A DNA stretch of 64,000 nucleotides from an uncultured delta proteobacterium (lineage in GTDB: Bacteria; Desulfobacterota; RBG-13-43-22), in NCBI GenBank assembly GCA_963743305.1, contig CAVUPH010000021.1:15702-79701 (forward strand), read 5' to 3'. Below are positions 19,381 to 29,278 of this stretch, piece after piece. The position numbers and the translations under genes were made by a program. Each line of letters begins with the position of its first letter. Position 1 is the stretch's first letter. Under the pieces are notes generated by a model, which ran no database searches, had not been told where the DNA came from, and saw nothing but the letters and a program-made list of their open reading frames with translations.

Positions 19381-19506
19381 CGTAGGGGCGGCGACCCCGC
19401 CGCCCAACCCGAGGCTGGATTTGACCACCGTCTCCTTAGCTTTACCTTGGATGTGGAGTGAACCGTATCCCTCACCCAGCCGGCAGGCGGAGTCGCCCGC
19501 CCTACG
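19381..19506. repeat. GTAG-type REP doublet (REPIN-like)
   Basis: cgtaggggcggcgaccccgcc ... ggcggagtcgcccgccctacg, inverted, about 18/21 match. Confidence 0.7.
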
Positions 19507-19648
19507 AAAAACGAAAACTTGAAATATTTCATGCTTCCTGGGAGCCCGCCTCGGACACGGGGGAATTAGGGCTTGAAAACCAAAGGCATCTTTCTCATAG
19601 TAATAGGGAAGTGAGGATTCAGTCGTCCGAATACAGTGAGGAGTGCCC

Positions 19649-20713
19649 ATGGTTATTAAAATTAGCTTCTTGATATTATTGCTGGTTTGATTTATTCCGG
19701 TTCGCGGTCCTTTCCTCAAAACAATTCTCCGGCGAGTTGACTACGAAAGCCTGGCGAAGAAAAAGGCCCATCATCGGAACTCCGGATTTTTCAACCCCTG
19801 GCTGATCGAAAACCAACCCGGGGGGTTATGGCGTTTCCTGCGGTGGAAATTGGGCTCCAACCCGTATGCCAAGGAGAAAAAGAAACCCATTCAGTTTCCC
19901 AGTATCCCGACCAATGTCAAGAAAATTCAAAGCCACGGGGATTCCATCACCTATCTCGGTCACGCCACCCTCTGGATCCGGCTGAAGGGCCAGAATATTA
20001 TCACCGACCCGGTTTTCGGGGATATCGTTTTTTTTGTCAAGCGGCACGCGCCCTTCCCGATTCCTTTGGAGGATCTTCCCGACTTCCAGGTGGTCCTAAT
20101 TTCGCACGGCCACTTTGATCACCTGAATGAGGACAGTATTCGCCGACTGGGCACCGCGCCCCTGTATTTGACCCCGCTCGGCTATAAGGATTGGTTTGAA
20201 TCCGTGGTCCCCGGGGCTCGGGTAGTGGAACTGGACTGGTTTGGAACCTATACCTACCAGGGTATTACCTACCGACTGCTTCCGGCCCAGCATTGGACCA
20301 AGCGGTCGCTTTTCGATACCAACCAACGCCTCTGGGGGTCTTGGCTGGTAGAGGGCGGCGGGCGAAAGGTTTTTTTTGCCGGAGATTCGGGTTATTTTTC
20401 CGGTTACCGGGAGTTCGGCAAAAAATTCGGCCCCCTGGATGCGGCCCTGATGCCGGTAGGGCTCTATGAACCGCGCTGGTTCATGCAATCCTATCATATG
20501 GATCCTCGGGAAGCGATAAAAGCTACTTTGGAGATGCGGGCTAAGGTTCTTATTCCTCAACAATGGGGGGTCTTTGATTTAACCGATGAGCCGATGGACC
20601 TGCCACCCAGGGATTACCGGGAAGCTGCCGGAGCGGCCGGCTTGAACGAACAATCTACCCCTTTGGTCGAACATGGGGGGACCTGGTATTTCCCGGATCA
20701 GTATAATCGCTGA
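19649..20713 (+). CDS. MBL-fold metallo-hydrolase (NAPE-PLD/RomA-like); damaged N-terminal signal region (in-frame TGA 19688-19690)
   Basis: YLGHAT, ITDPVF, ISHGHFDHL, PAQHW, FFAGDSGY, HMDPREA, WGVFDLTDEP; upstream in-frame HH..GFFNPW. Confidence 0.82.
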
Positions 20714-20849
20714 CTGCGGGTCCTTACACGAGAAGGGGTTTTACGCTTAACGATCGATTCCAGGGGACGCCTGAAGGAAAGAGTAAAGATTTTTCCCGAA
20801 TCTGTCGATACAAGAATACACCAATCTCTTTTCGGGGAGGAGACTCTTC

Positions 20850-21203
20850 TTGGTCCAGATAAATAATACGACCTTGTCGGCGCTGCGGGCCTTTGAGCGG
20901 AAATTCCAGGTAACCGCCAACAATATCGCCAATGTGAACACGGACGGTTTCAAGAAAAGCCGGACCTTACTAAAGGACAATTACCCGGCAGGGGTGGAAG
21001 CGGTGATCGACCGGGTCGACACCCCGGGGTTCCTTAGGCCCGCCGAGGACGGAAGTCCGGATATGAGGGAATCGTCCAACGTGGACTTGGAGGGAGAACT
21101 CGTGGGGCTGGTCCTCACCAAACGGGATTACCAGGCCAATATAAATGCCTTAAAGCTGGAAGAAGGGACTATCGGCACAGTCCTGGATCTTATCGCCAAG
21201 TAA
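20850..21203 (+). CDS. Stand-alone flagellar basal-body rod-like small protein (FlgC-like termini)
   Basis: TANNIANVNTDGFK and ESSNVDL...YQAN motifs. Confidence 0.8.
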   Translation: MVQINNTTLSALRAFERKFQVTANNIANVNTDGFKKSRTLLKDNYPAGVEAVIDRVDTPGFLRPAEDGSPDMRESSNVDLEGELVGLVLTKRDYQANINALKLEEGTIGTVLDLIAK

Positions 21204-21223
21204 CTGTTTTTCAATACAAATTA

Positions 21224-21490
21224 TTACCTGCCGCGAAAACCACGTCTAACTATAGCTTCCTTTACCAACAAGGTGTTTCCTTTGAAGTCGGTTCGATGAT
21301 GCATGGATATGGCCCGACGGGCCTCCCACTGAGTGGACATTTCCACAAAGGCAATCCCTTTGGGCTGGCCGGTCTGCCGATCAGAGACAATTTTTACGGA
21401 CACGACCTCCCCGGCATTGGAGAAAAGGGTTTTGAGTTCGGGTTCACTGGCCTGAGCAGGGAGATTGGCCACATAAATTTTTTTGTTCAT
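21224..21490 (-). CDS. RRM-domain RNA-binding protein
   Basis: KIYVANL (RNP2), DRQTGQPKGIAFVEM (RNP1), LLVKEA. Confidence 0.92.
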   Translation of the reverse strand: MNKKIYVANLPAQASEPELKTLFSNAGEVVSVKIVSDRQTGQPKGIAFVEMSTQWEARRAISMHHRTDFKGNTLLVKEAIVRRGFRGR

Positions 21491-21761
21491 TAGACCTCCT
21501 GAATTATAAAAAAACCCGCAAAGAAGTTGTCGAGGGTTCTTTGCGGGCCCAATCAACAACTTAGATAAAGTTCTTGGGCACGATGCAACCAAATGTTCCT
21601 ATTATATCCCTGCTTATTACTAAAAGCAAGCAAATCGGCCTGGTTTCGGGTTATCGGAAATTATTTAATGATTTCAATTAGGCAGCCGACAAGGCTGTGG
21701 GTATTATGAGGTAAAACCCCCTACTGTCAATTGTCCGGCGAGGTCGGTTAATATAATAAGG

Positions 21762-21865
21762 CACTTCGACCCTTCGGATGCCAGCCTTCCGCAGGTGCTA
21801 TGAAGGCCAGCGGGTCAGCTTCGACAGCGAGTTTGGCAAAAAAGGACCGTCGGTGGTCAACGGCA
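21762..21865 (+). pseudogene. Cold-shock protein (CspA family) C-terminal remnant
   Basis: Translates FRRCYEGQRVSFDSEFGKKGPSVVN, similar to CSP C-term L.EGQRVSFD.E.GKKGP.A.NV. Confidence 0.65.
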
Positions 21866-21906
21866 TGAACTATTTGCTTGCGGTCGGTGAAATCAATGGA
21901 TAGACT

Positions 21907-21924
21907 TGTACAGTAAATTGGACA
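21907..21924 (+). promoter_or_regulatory. YefM-type operator
   Basis: TGTACA (21907) and TGGACA (21919) 12 bp apart just upstream of the RBS. Confidence 0.55.
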
Positions 21925-21935
21925 GGAGTGTTGCT

Positions 21936-22184
21936 ATGCGTATTGTAAATTTTTCTGTGGCACGAAACGCCCTCAAGGGTATATTAGATCAGGCTGTCAC
22001 GGATGCCGATTTCACCGTGATCACACGTCGTGACGCGCCGGATGCGGTGGTAATGTCGCTCGACACTTTCAACAGCCTGATGGAAACCGTCCACCTGCTT
22101 AAGTCCCCGGCTAATGCCGCGCACTTGGCGCGTTCGATCAAGCAGTACCGTAGCGGCATTATGAATAGTACAGCTTCTATTTGA
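21936..22184 (+). CDS. yefM: Phd/YefM family antitoxin (no downstream toxin)
   Basis: MRIVNFSVARNALK...TVITRR...AVVMSLD.FNSLMETVHLLKSPANAAHL. Confidence 0.9.
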   Translation: MRIVNFSVARNALKGILDQAVTDADFTVITRRDAPDAVVMSLDTFNSLMETVHLLKSPANAAHLARSIKQYRSGIMNSTASI

Positions 22185-22460
22185 AAAGCCCAACCCCGCC
22201 TAATCCCATCTTCTTCAGAAACCCCCTCTTTCCCTAAATCCTCCGAACGTGTCAGGGGTTTTCTTTGGGTTCACTTTTCGATTGACAATACCTCCAAGAA
22301 TTGATTTCATTGACCCGTCTTTACGAATAATCCTACAATCAGCCCCAGCTTTAAAGCAAGGTGATTTTATAAATTAAACGATCCCATCGGGCCTTTAATC
22401 CTCGTTTAACGTCCAACAGAAAGACGGGTGGAACAAAAGGTGCCAACCAAGACCAATAGG

Positions 22461-22770
22461 TTACAGCGTATCGACGGGGCTTACCACTCTGATTTCCGAC
22501 CGACTGGCGACTACCGGCAGGCGCAAGCCCTCGCGGGCCCGAGAAAAATCGCTAAAGTCGCCGATTTCCTTTCTGATCACCGTGCGGTAAAGAAAGACCA
22601 CAGCGTTCAGCGCCTGATTTTGGATGGCGCAAGAAGGCCTGGACGTGATCAGCTCCCGGCGAAGAAGGCTTCTGCCAGTGGTGAAAGAGGACAAACCGGC
22701 GAATCCAGGATACATAGTGCGGGATGGTCTTCTCCGTGCCCCGGATTCCCGCAGTACGGCAATGGTTCCC
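22461..22770 (-). pseudogene. intI: Integron integrase N-terminal remnant
   Basis: HYVSWIRRFVLFHH...GADHVQAFLRH, then (frameshifted) QNQALNAVVFLYR...GDF..F.RA...RLPVV.SR.E; catalytic domain absent. Confidence 0.8.
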
Positions 22771-23487
22771 TCAGGCCGGCGCGGCTGGGGGGTCAATGGC
22801 GCCACGCCGCGGCGAGTCGTTTGAGGCATAGCATCCCTCCTCAATTGGGGTCATATGCGTCATGATTACATATGAGATTAAGGACTGTCAGGCATTTTTT
22901 TGAGGCATAGCATTCCCGGAGATGCTCAAGTGAGGCTCCGGGAGGCATCTGAAGCTACCCTAGAATGGCTAGTTCTAAGGGATTTCTGGCCGATACCTCG
23001 GTCTGAGGTCTTACATCTTCGAGAAGACCATACGACTGTCGAACTCTCTCGAAGAACGGCAAGTCGATGCCATCCGTTGGTCATGGGGCGGTCGTCTCAT
23101 GGGAAGCTACACACAGCGAGTCACCATTGCGGCTATTCTTGAACCCTTGCCAATGGCTTTCACGGAAGGCGCATGCAGGTAGTCCTTGCCGTCTATTGAG
23201 GCCCGGAATCAGACTTCTCACGGTATATGAAAGAGGGTTGGGCTTGAATGACTGGATGTCGATCTTCTTGCTGCCGCCCATCGGCCTCACTGGAGTCTCT
23301 CTCTGGACGTTAGACAGGAAACTAGACCAGGCCGCCGCTTGAACTGAATTGCAGCTATACCAAAGGCCGGATATCGCGACGAATTGGATCGAGGTAGCTG
23401 AGGCTGAGAAAGCATTATCCATAGCAGGAAAGTAACCAGGGCTGATGCAGGAAGAGCGGACCGGGCTAACGCCTGAAGTACGAAACG

Positions 23488-23632
23488 AAGGCGCAACAAA
23501 CCGTCGCCTTGCGGCGTTGCAACACTGGCGGGATCAGTACGGTGTCCACGGCGCCGCCGCTGGCCTAGCGTGCACCAACCAGGCTGGCATCGCGAAACAG
23601 CCGCGCAGGCGCCTTAACTCCGGCATTGGCTC
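23488..23632 (+). repeat. Degenerate attC-like site
   Basis: Starts ggcgcaacaaaccg and ends cttaactccggcattggct, resembling attC R''/R' ends; downstream of a decayed ORF divergent from intI. Confidence 0.4.
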
Positions 23633-23790
23633 ACGGGCCTTCGGCCGCCGCAAGCTGCGTGCCACGGGTCAACGCCGCATTAAACCCCCATTCCCAGCAG
23701 GACACTTGCGAAGCGTGAAAATAGTTTAACCCGGGGATTCCCCGTCCGAGGGGAACACGGACGAGGGCGTCTGGGTTGCATCACGGGCGA

Positions 23791-24591
23791 TTATCCGAAA
23801 CGTCCGGTGATATAGTCCTCGGTCTGTCTCAGCTCGGGGCGGGTGAACAGCGTGGCGGTATCATTTATTTCGATCAGTTTGCCCAGGTAGAAGAAAGCGG
23901 TGATATCCGAGACCCGGGCGGCCTGCTGCATGTTGTGGGTGACGATGACGATCGTATATTTTTTTTTCAACTTCTGAATCAGGTCCTCGATCTTCTGCGT
24001 GGCGATCGGGTCCAGGGCCGAGGCCGGTTCGTCCATCAGGATCACTTCCGGCTGGACGGCCAGGGCCCGGGCGATGCACAGGCGCTGCTGCTGGCCGCCG
24101 GACAGACCCAGGGCCGACTCATACAACCGGTCCTTGACTTCATCCCAAATGGCGGAATCGACCAGGCTTTTTTCCACGATCTCGGCGATTTTCCGTTTGT
24201 CCTTCATCCCGTTGATGCGCAAGCCGTAAGCCACGTTGTCGAAGATACTCTTGGGAAAAGGATTGGACTTCTGAAAGACCATGCCCACCCGCCGACGGAC
24301 GTCCACCACATCCAGATCGCGGCCATAGAGGTTTTCCCCGTCCAGCAGAATCGTTCCCTCGATTCGGGTCCCCAGGATGGTTTCATTCATCCGGTTGAAA
24401 CAGCGCAGAAAGGTGCTCTTGCCGCAACCGGAGGGACCGATAAAGGCCGTGACCCGATGGGCAGGAATGTCCATGTTGATATTTTCCAGGGCTTTTTGAG
24501 AACCGTAATAAAAATCAAGATCTTTGACGCTGATTTTAATCGTGTGGCCATTGCCGTCGGCCGGCTTTCTGTCGATTCCAATAGAAACCAT
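23791..24591 (-). CDS. pstB: Phosphate ABC transporter ATP-binding protein
   Basis: [41 protein letters not shown]. Confidence 0.97.
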   Translation of the reverse strand: MVSIGIDRKPADGNGHTIKISVKDLDFYYGSQKALENINMDIPAHRVTAFIGPSGCGKSTFLRCFNRMNETILGTRIEGTILLDGENLYGRDLDVVDVRRRVGMVFQKSNPFPKSIFDNVAYGLRINGMKDKRKIAEIVEKSLVDSAIWDEVKDRLYESALGLSGGQQQRLCIARALAVQPEVILMDEPASALDPIATQKIEDLIQKLKKKYTIVIVTHNMQQAARVSDITAFFYLGKLIEINDTATLFTRPELRQTEDYITGRFG

Positions 24592-24712
24592 TATTGACGA
24601 ACTCCCAAAAAAACTGTCAACAAACCGAGGGCGATTAAGCCCCGGTCTGGGGTAGGGGGAACCATCCCCCGCCGAGCAGAAAGTCGTTTTTGGACTTTTG
24701 GCGAGGTCAACA

Positions 24713-25579
24713 TCATTGACCCAGTCGCGCTTTCTTTCGGAAATGATAGCGGATCAACACCGCTACCATGTTCAGGCAAAGGACGAGGGCGATCAAAACC
24801 AGGGCGGTGCCGTAGGCTATCGGTCTGACCCGGGCGATGTCCTGATGTTGGGTCGATAGGATGTAGAGGTGGTAGGGCAGGGCCATGAACTGATCGAACA
24901 GCGACTTAGGCAGGTCGGGGATGAAGAAGGCGGCCCCGGTAAATAGAATGGGAGCGGTTTCCCCGGCCGCCCGGGCCAGGCCCAGGATGGCCCCGGTCAA
25001 CATGCCCGGGATGGAGTAGGGCAGCACATTGGTGCGGATGGCCTGCCATTTGGTGGCCCCCAGGGCCAGGGCCCCGTCACGGTAGGGTTTGGGCACGGTC
25101 TTCAAGGCCTCTTCGCTGGCCGTGATCGTCCAAGGGAGCGTCAATAGCCCCAGGGTCATCCCGGCGGAGAGGATGCTGGCCCCGAAATGTAAAACCCGGA
25201 CGAACAGCGCCACTCCGAAGAGCCCATAGACGATCGAGGGCACGCCCGAAAGATTCCGAATTGACAGCCGGATCATGCGGACCAGCTTACCCTGGTGGGC
25301 ATATTCGTTGAGATAGATGGCACTGAACATGCCCAGGGGAACGGCGAAGAGTACCGTAATCAGGCTTACCAGCAAGGTTCCCAGAAGGGCCGGAAAAATG
25401 CCCCCCTGGGTCATGCCTTCGCGTGGCGGTTGGGACAGAAACTCCCAGTTGATCACCGATCCGCCGTGGTAAACGATATCCCAGAGGATTCCGAAAAGGG
25501 TGAGAACCACCAGCAGACCGCAGATCCCCAGCACGGCAAAACCGATCTTTTCCGTAATGGCTTTTTTATTCAGGTGCAC
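24713..25579 (-). CDS. pstA: Phosphate ABC transporter permease PstA
   Basis: [22 protein letters not shown]; GTG start at 25579. Confidence 0.94.
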   Translation of the reverse strand: MHLNKKAITEKIGFAVLGICGLLVVLTLFGILWDIVYHGGSVINWEFLSQPPREGMTQGGIFPALLGTLLVSLITVLFAVPLGMFSAIYLNEYAHQGKLVRMIRLSIRNLSGVPSIVYGLFGVALFVRVLHFGASILSAGMTLGLLTLPWTITASEEALKTVPKPYRDGALALGATKWQAIRTNVLPYSIPGMLTGAILGLARAAGETAPILFTGAAFFIPDLPKSLFDQFMALPYHLYILSTQHQDIARVRPIAYGTALVLIALVLCLNMVAVLIRYHFRKKARLGQ

Positions 25580-26475
25580 TAGCGTTCCACTTCCTGGTAT
25601 TTGGCCAGGACGATATCGGCGACCAGGTTGACTAGAAAGGTCATGATGAACAGGACGAAACCGATGACAAACAACCCGTGATAATGCTCCGAACCGAACG
25701 GAACCTCCCCCAGTTCGATGGCGATGGTGGCGGTCATGGTGCGCACCGCCTCCAGGATGTGGGTCGGGGTTTTCAAGGCGTTCCCGGTGGCCATGAGGAC
25801 GGTCATGGTCTCTCCGATGGCCCGTCCCATGCCGAGCATGACCGAGGCAATGATCCCGGAAAGGGCCGAGGGAACCACGACCCGGATCAGGGTCTGCCAC
25901 TTGGAGGCCCCCAGGGCCAGAGAGGCCTCTTTGTAGGCCCGGGGCACCGAGGAGATGGCGTCTTCGGAGATGCTGATGATCGTGGGCAGGCTCATTACCG
26001 CCAGCAGGATGGCCCCATTGAGGGCGTTCAGGCCGTTAGGGAGGTGGAAGACCCGCGCGATCCAGGGGCCGATGATGACGATCCCCAGAAACCCCAAGAC
26101 CACCGAAGGGATCCCGGCCAGGACTTCGATGACCGGCTTCAGGATTTCTCGCACCCAGTTCGGGGCCACCTCCGAAAGATAGGCCGCGCAGCCCAAACCC
26201 ACAGGGACGGCCAAGAGGAGGGCTAGAAAGGTGACCATCAGAGTGCTGATGATCATGGCCCCCAGGCCGTAGGTCTCCAGCACGAAGGAGGTGGGGTTCC
26301 AGGTCATGCGGATGAAGCTGGCGGCCCCCAGTTCACGCAGGGCCGGCAGCCCGTCCTTAAACAGAATAAAGAAAATACCCAGAAGGATCAGGATGGACAG
26401 TACCCCATTGAATTGAAAAAAACGGTGGATGGAGGCATCCTGAAATTGTCGCCAGTTCCGGGTCATTCCGGGCAT
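25579..26475 (-). CDS. pstC: Phosphate ABC transporter permease PstC
   Basis: EVLAGIPSVVLG, GMGRAIGETM; start uncertain. Confidence 0.94.
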   Translation of the reverse strand: MPGMTRNWRQFQDASIHRFFQFNGVLSILILLGIFFILFKDGLPALRELGAASFIRMTWNPTSFVLETYGLGAMIISTLMVTFLALLLAVPVGLGCAAYLSEVAPNWVREILKPVIEVLAGIPSVVLGFLGIVIIGPWIARVFHLPNGLNALNGAILLAVMSLPTIISISEDAISSVPRAYKEASLALGASKWQTLIRVVVPSALSGIIASVMLGMGRAIGETMTVLMATGNALKTPTHILEAVRTMTATIAIELGEVPFGSEHYHGLFVIGFVLFIMTFLVNLVADIVLAKYQEVER

Positions 26476-26491
26476 ATCCAGGGTAGCGCCG

Positions 26492-27391
26492 TTAGAAGCC
26501 GAACTGGGCATTGTATTTTTTCCATTGAGCGGTCAAGGGATAAAAGCCGTCCTTCTTGGTGATGGCCAGGCCTTCCGCGCTGAGCTCGTACTTGATGAAC
26601 CCCTCGACCTTGGCTTGATTGTTCTTGTCGAAATACTGATACAGCGGCCGGGTGATAGGGTAAGAGCCGCTGAGAATATTCTCCAGCTTTAAGGGGGAAG
26701 CCGGAGTGCTGCGGCTGTCCTTGGCCACCTCCAGGACGTTGATGCCGGCCACGACTTTTCCGGCGTCATCCACCACGTAGCCGATCCCCACGTAGCCGAT
26801 TCCGCCGGCGTCGTTCTTGACCGCTTCCAGGATCTGGGCGTTGCCGTTCATCTGATTCATCTTGTTGGAATAATCACTTTTGACGATGTGCTCGCGAAAG
26901 AAGACGAAGGTCCCGGAATTCGGCTGGCGCCCGTAGAGGGTGATAGCGGAATCCGGTCCCCCCAACTGCTTCCAGTTGGAAACCTCCCCCCGGTAAATCT
27001 GCCCGATCAGGTCAGTCGTCAGGTGTTTGATGGGATTCTTGGCGTTGACGATCACCGAGAGGCCGTCCACGGCAAAGGCTACCCCGACGGGATTGACACC
27101 GTTGGCCTTGGCTTTGGCGATTTCCGAGTCCTTCATGGGGCGGGAGGCGTTGCAAAGATCGGTCGTCTTGTTGATAATGGCGGCAATTCCGACGCCCGAT
27201 CCCCCGCCCGTTACCGCGATGCTCACATTGGGGTCTTTCTTCATATAATTTTCCGCCAAACGCTGAACAAGGTTTACTTCCGTGTCCGAACCCTTCACCT
27301 GCAAGAAGTTCTTGGCCTCGGCCTGGACGGTTGGCATCCAGAGACCCAGCAACAGCCCGGTGGTCAATACGGTCAATATCTTTTTCATCAT
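26492..27391 (-). CDS. pstS: Phosphate ABC transporter substrate-binding protein
   Basis: Signal peptide, KGSDT, GGGSGVG, ASR, R..SGT, YPITRPLY. Confidence 0.95.
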   Translation of the reverse strand: MMKKILTVLTTGLLLGLWMPTVQAEAKNFLQVKGSDTEVNLVQRLAENYMKKDPNVSIAVTGGGSGVGIAAIINKTTDLCNASRPMKDSEIAKAKANGVNPVGVAFAVDGLSVIVNAKNPIKHLTTDLIGQIYRGEVSNWKQLGGPDSAITLYGRQPNSGTFVFFREHIVKSDYSNKMNQMNGNAQILEAVKNDAGGIGYVGIGYVVDDAGKVVAGINVLEVAKDSRSTPASPLKLENILSGSYPITRPLYQYFDKNNQAKVEGFIKYELSAEGLAITKKDGFYPLTAQWKKYNAQFGF

Positions 27392-27436
27392 GTGGTCATC
27401 CTCCTTATTATTTATTCAATGATGTTAAGTTCTGAT

Positions 27437-27476
27437 TGTTACAGTCCTGTTACAAAACGATGAAAAACAGATTACA
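27437..27476 (-). promoter_or_regulatory. Pho-box array upstream of pstS
   Basis: Minus-strand TGTAATC, TTTCATC, TGTAACA, TGTAACA at exact 11-bp period (27470, 27459, 27448, 27437). Confidence 0.72.
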
Positions 27477-27720
27477 TTTCCAGTGATTGCACCTCCTTTC
27501 CTTTGCTTGCTGGTTCGCCCTGTTGGGAGGGCACCCTTCATCTCAGTTCTGGCCTCCAGGTCTCGGCAAAAGGGTTTTCCTTGAGAATCCCAGGACCCGG
27601 GACGTATGAATATTTTCCGTTGGTTCCTGCCTTCGATCAATGTAATGCGCATCGGTAACGTTTCGGTGTTCGCTAGGTTACATTTAGGAGAACTTTCCGC
27701 CTTACCGTTCCGATCCAAAG

Positions 27721-27760
27721 TGTCACCCTTTTTTCATTCAGCCTTCACCGCTTTGTAACC
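27721..27760 (+). promoter_or_regulatory. Pho-box array upstream of porin gene
   Basis: TGTCACC, TTTCATT, CTTCACC, TGTAACC at 27721, 27732, 27743, 27754 (11-bp period). Confidence 0.72.
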
Positions 27761-27835
27761 TGAGGCGACTACAGTCTCCTTCCCAATAGCCCTGCGAAAG
27801 GGAAAATTTCCATGGGGAAAGAGAAAGGAGAAGGC

Positions 27836-29101
27836 ATGATGAGGAGAAAGATTTGTTTGTGGTTAATGATTTTTGGGTTCCTGGGGTTTCTGGGGAGCCG
27901 GCATCAGGTCCAGGCGGGTGAAGTCGACGCCCTGCACCTGATCAACCTCTTGAAACAAAAAGGCGTCCTGACCCAGGAAGAGGCGGACGGGCTGATGAAG
28001 GAGGCCCGCAAACAGGCCCAGACGGAGAAGGCGGAACTGAAGGAAGAGATCAAGAAGGAAGGCGAAAAAGGGTCCTACCTGCCGAAGGCCTTGAAGGACT
28101 TCGGGTTCAGCACCACCATGTATGCCGAGTATAACCTGAAGGATACGGAAGGGGGAAAGACCCAGAACCAGTTCCTGCTGAACCGGCTCTACCTGACCTT
28201 CAAGAAGAAGGTCACTCCCTGGCTGGGTTTCAATGCGACCACCGACATCTTCACTTCCAAGGACGCCAACGACGTCGGTAACGGCTTGGAAGTCAGGATG
28301 AAGTATGCCATGGCCCAACTCTACCTGGGCGGCACGACCACGGAACTCGGTTTGATCCACACCGCCTCGGACATGTACGACTCCGACATCTGGCCCTACC
28401 GGGTCCAGGGCAAGCACTTCCTGGACCGTCACGGCATCCAGGCCTCGGCGGATTACGGGGTCGGCATCCTGGGACCCTTCGGGCCGACAGTGGACAAAAA
28501 GGACTACTACGGTTCCAGTAACTACAACGGGAAATGGGGCGGCTACCAGGTCGGCGTGTACAACGGCCCGGGGTACGACAACCCGGGGGATAACAACAAC
28601 AATAAAGTGATTTCCGGTCTGGTATACTTCCGGCCCCTGCCCAACATCGACCAGATGAAGGGGCTCCAGTTGGCCTACGTGGGGAGCTACGGTCAGAGCG
28701 ACAAAAACTTCACCACCAAGGGAAAAACCAACGATTTTCCCGACTGGCAGATCAACATCGGCCAGCTCTCCTACCAGCACAAGTGGTTCACCCTGATGGG
28801 CCAATATTACTGGGGCAAAGGGACCAAGAACTCGACCGAGGACAATGACCGCACCGGTTGGGTGGCCGCTGGTTTTGTACAGATCCCCGGGGCCGAAAAG
28901 ATGCGGCTCTTCGGCAAAGTGGATTACTACGACCCCAATAAAGACGTATCCAATGATGGAGTAACGACTTATATCGCCGGTATCTCCTACGACCTGACCA
29001 AAGAGTTCATGCCCTTTATTGCCTGGGAACGGACCGACAATGAAAATCCCAAGACGGGCGACAGCAACATGTACCAGATAGGCTTTCAGTATAAGTTTTA
29101 A
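27836..29101 (+). CDS. Outer-membrane beta-barrel porin, probably phosphate-regulated
   Basis: Signal peptide, N-term LLKQKGVLTQEEA coiled coil, amphipathic beta strands, C-terminal YQIGFQYKF; located between pst and phoBR. Confidence 0.8.
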   Translation: MMRRKICLWLMIFGFLGFLGSRHQVQAGEVDALHLINLLKQKGVLTQEEADGLMKEARKQAQTEKAELKEEIKKEGEKGSYLPKALKDFGFSTTMYAEYNLKDTEGGKTQNQFLLNRLYLTFKKKVTPWLGFNATTDIFTSKDANDVGNGLEVRMKYAMAQLYLGGTTTELGLIHTASDMYDSDIWPYRVQGKHFLDRHGIQASADYGVGILGPFGPTVDKKDYYGSSNYNGKWGGYQVGVYNGPGYDNPGDNNNNKVISGLVYFRPLPNIDQMKGLQLAYVGSYGQSDKNFTTKGKTNDFPDWQINIGQLSYQHKWFTLMGQYYWGKGTKNSTEDNDRTGWVAAGFVQIPGAEKMRLFGKVDYYDPNKDVSNDGVTTYIAGISYDLTKEFMPFIAWERTDNENPKTGDSNMYQIGFQYKF

Positions 29102-29145
29102 AAAAATAGCCCGAAAAACCCGGACCATTTTTTTAATAAGCGCTA

Positions 29146-29187
29146 AATAAAAAAAGCCCGGGACAGGGATCCCGGGCTTTTTTTATT
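29146..29187. terminator. Bidirectional rho-independent terminator
   Basis: aataaaaaaagcccggga-caggga-tcccgggctttttttatt between convergent genes. Confidence 0.9.
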
Positions 29188-29278
29188 GGAGTTGCATCTC
29201 AGGGAAAAGGAACCTTCGAATTTTGACGGTTTCGCAACAAGAAATTAGACTATTGGTGAAATATCGATAACGGTGTGG

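Noticed and set aside
19688-19690. Selenocysteine readthrough of the in-frame TGA in the MBL hydrolase
   Set aside because: It lies in a signal-peptide region, not a catalytic Cys position; local indel damage is a simpler explanation
20850-21203. Flagellar gene cluster
   Set aside because: Solitary short rod-like protein with no other flagellar genes nearby
27863-29128. 421-aa antisense ORF to the porin (and similar long antisense ORFs over pckG, pst, RND, IS3)
   Set aside because: Shadow frames expected from strong GC3 bias; no recognisable motifs
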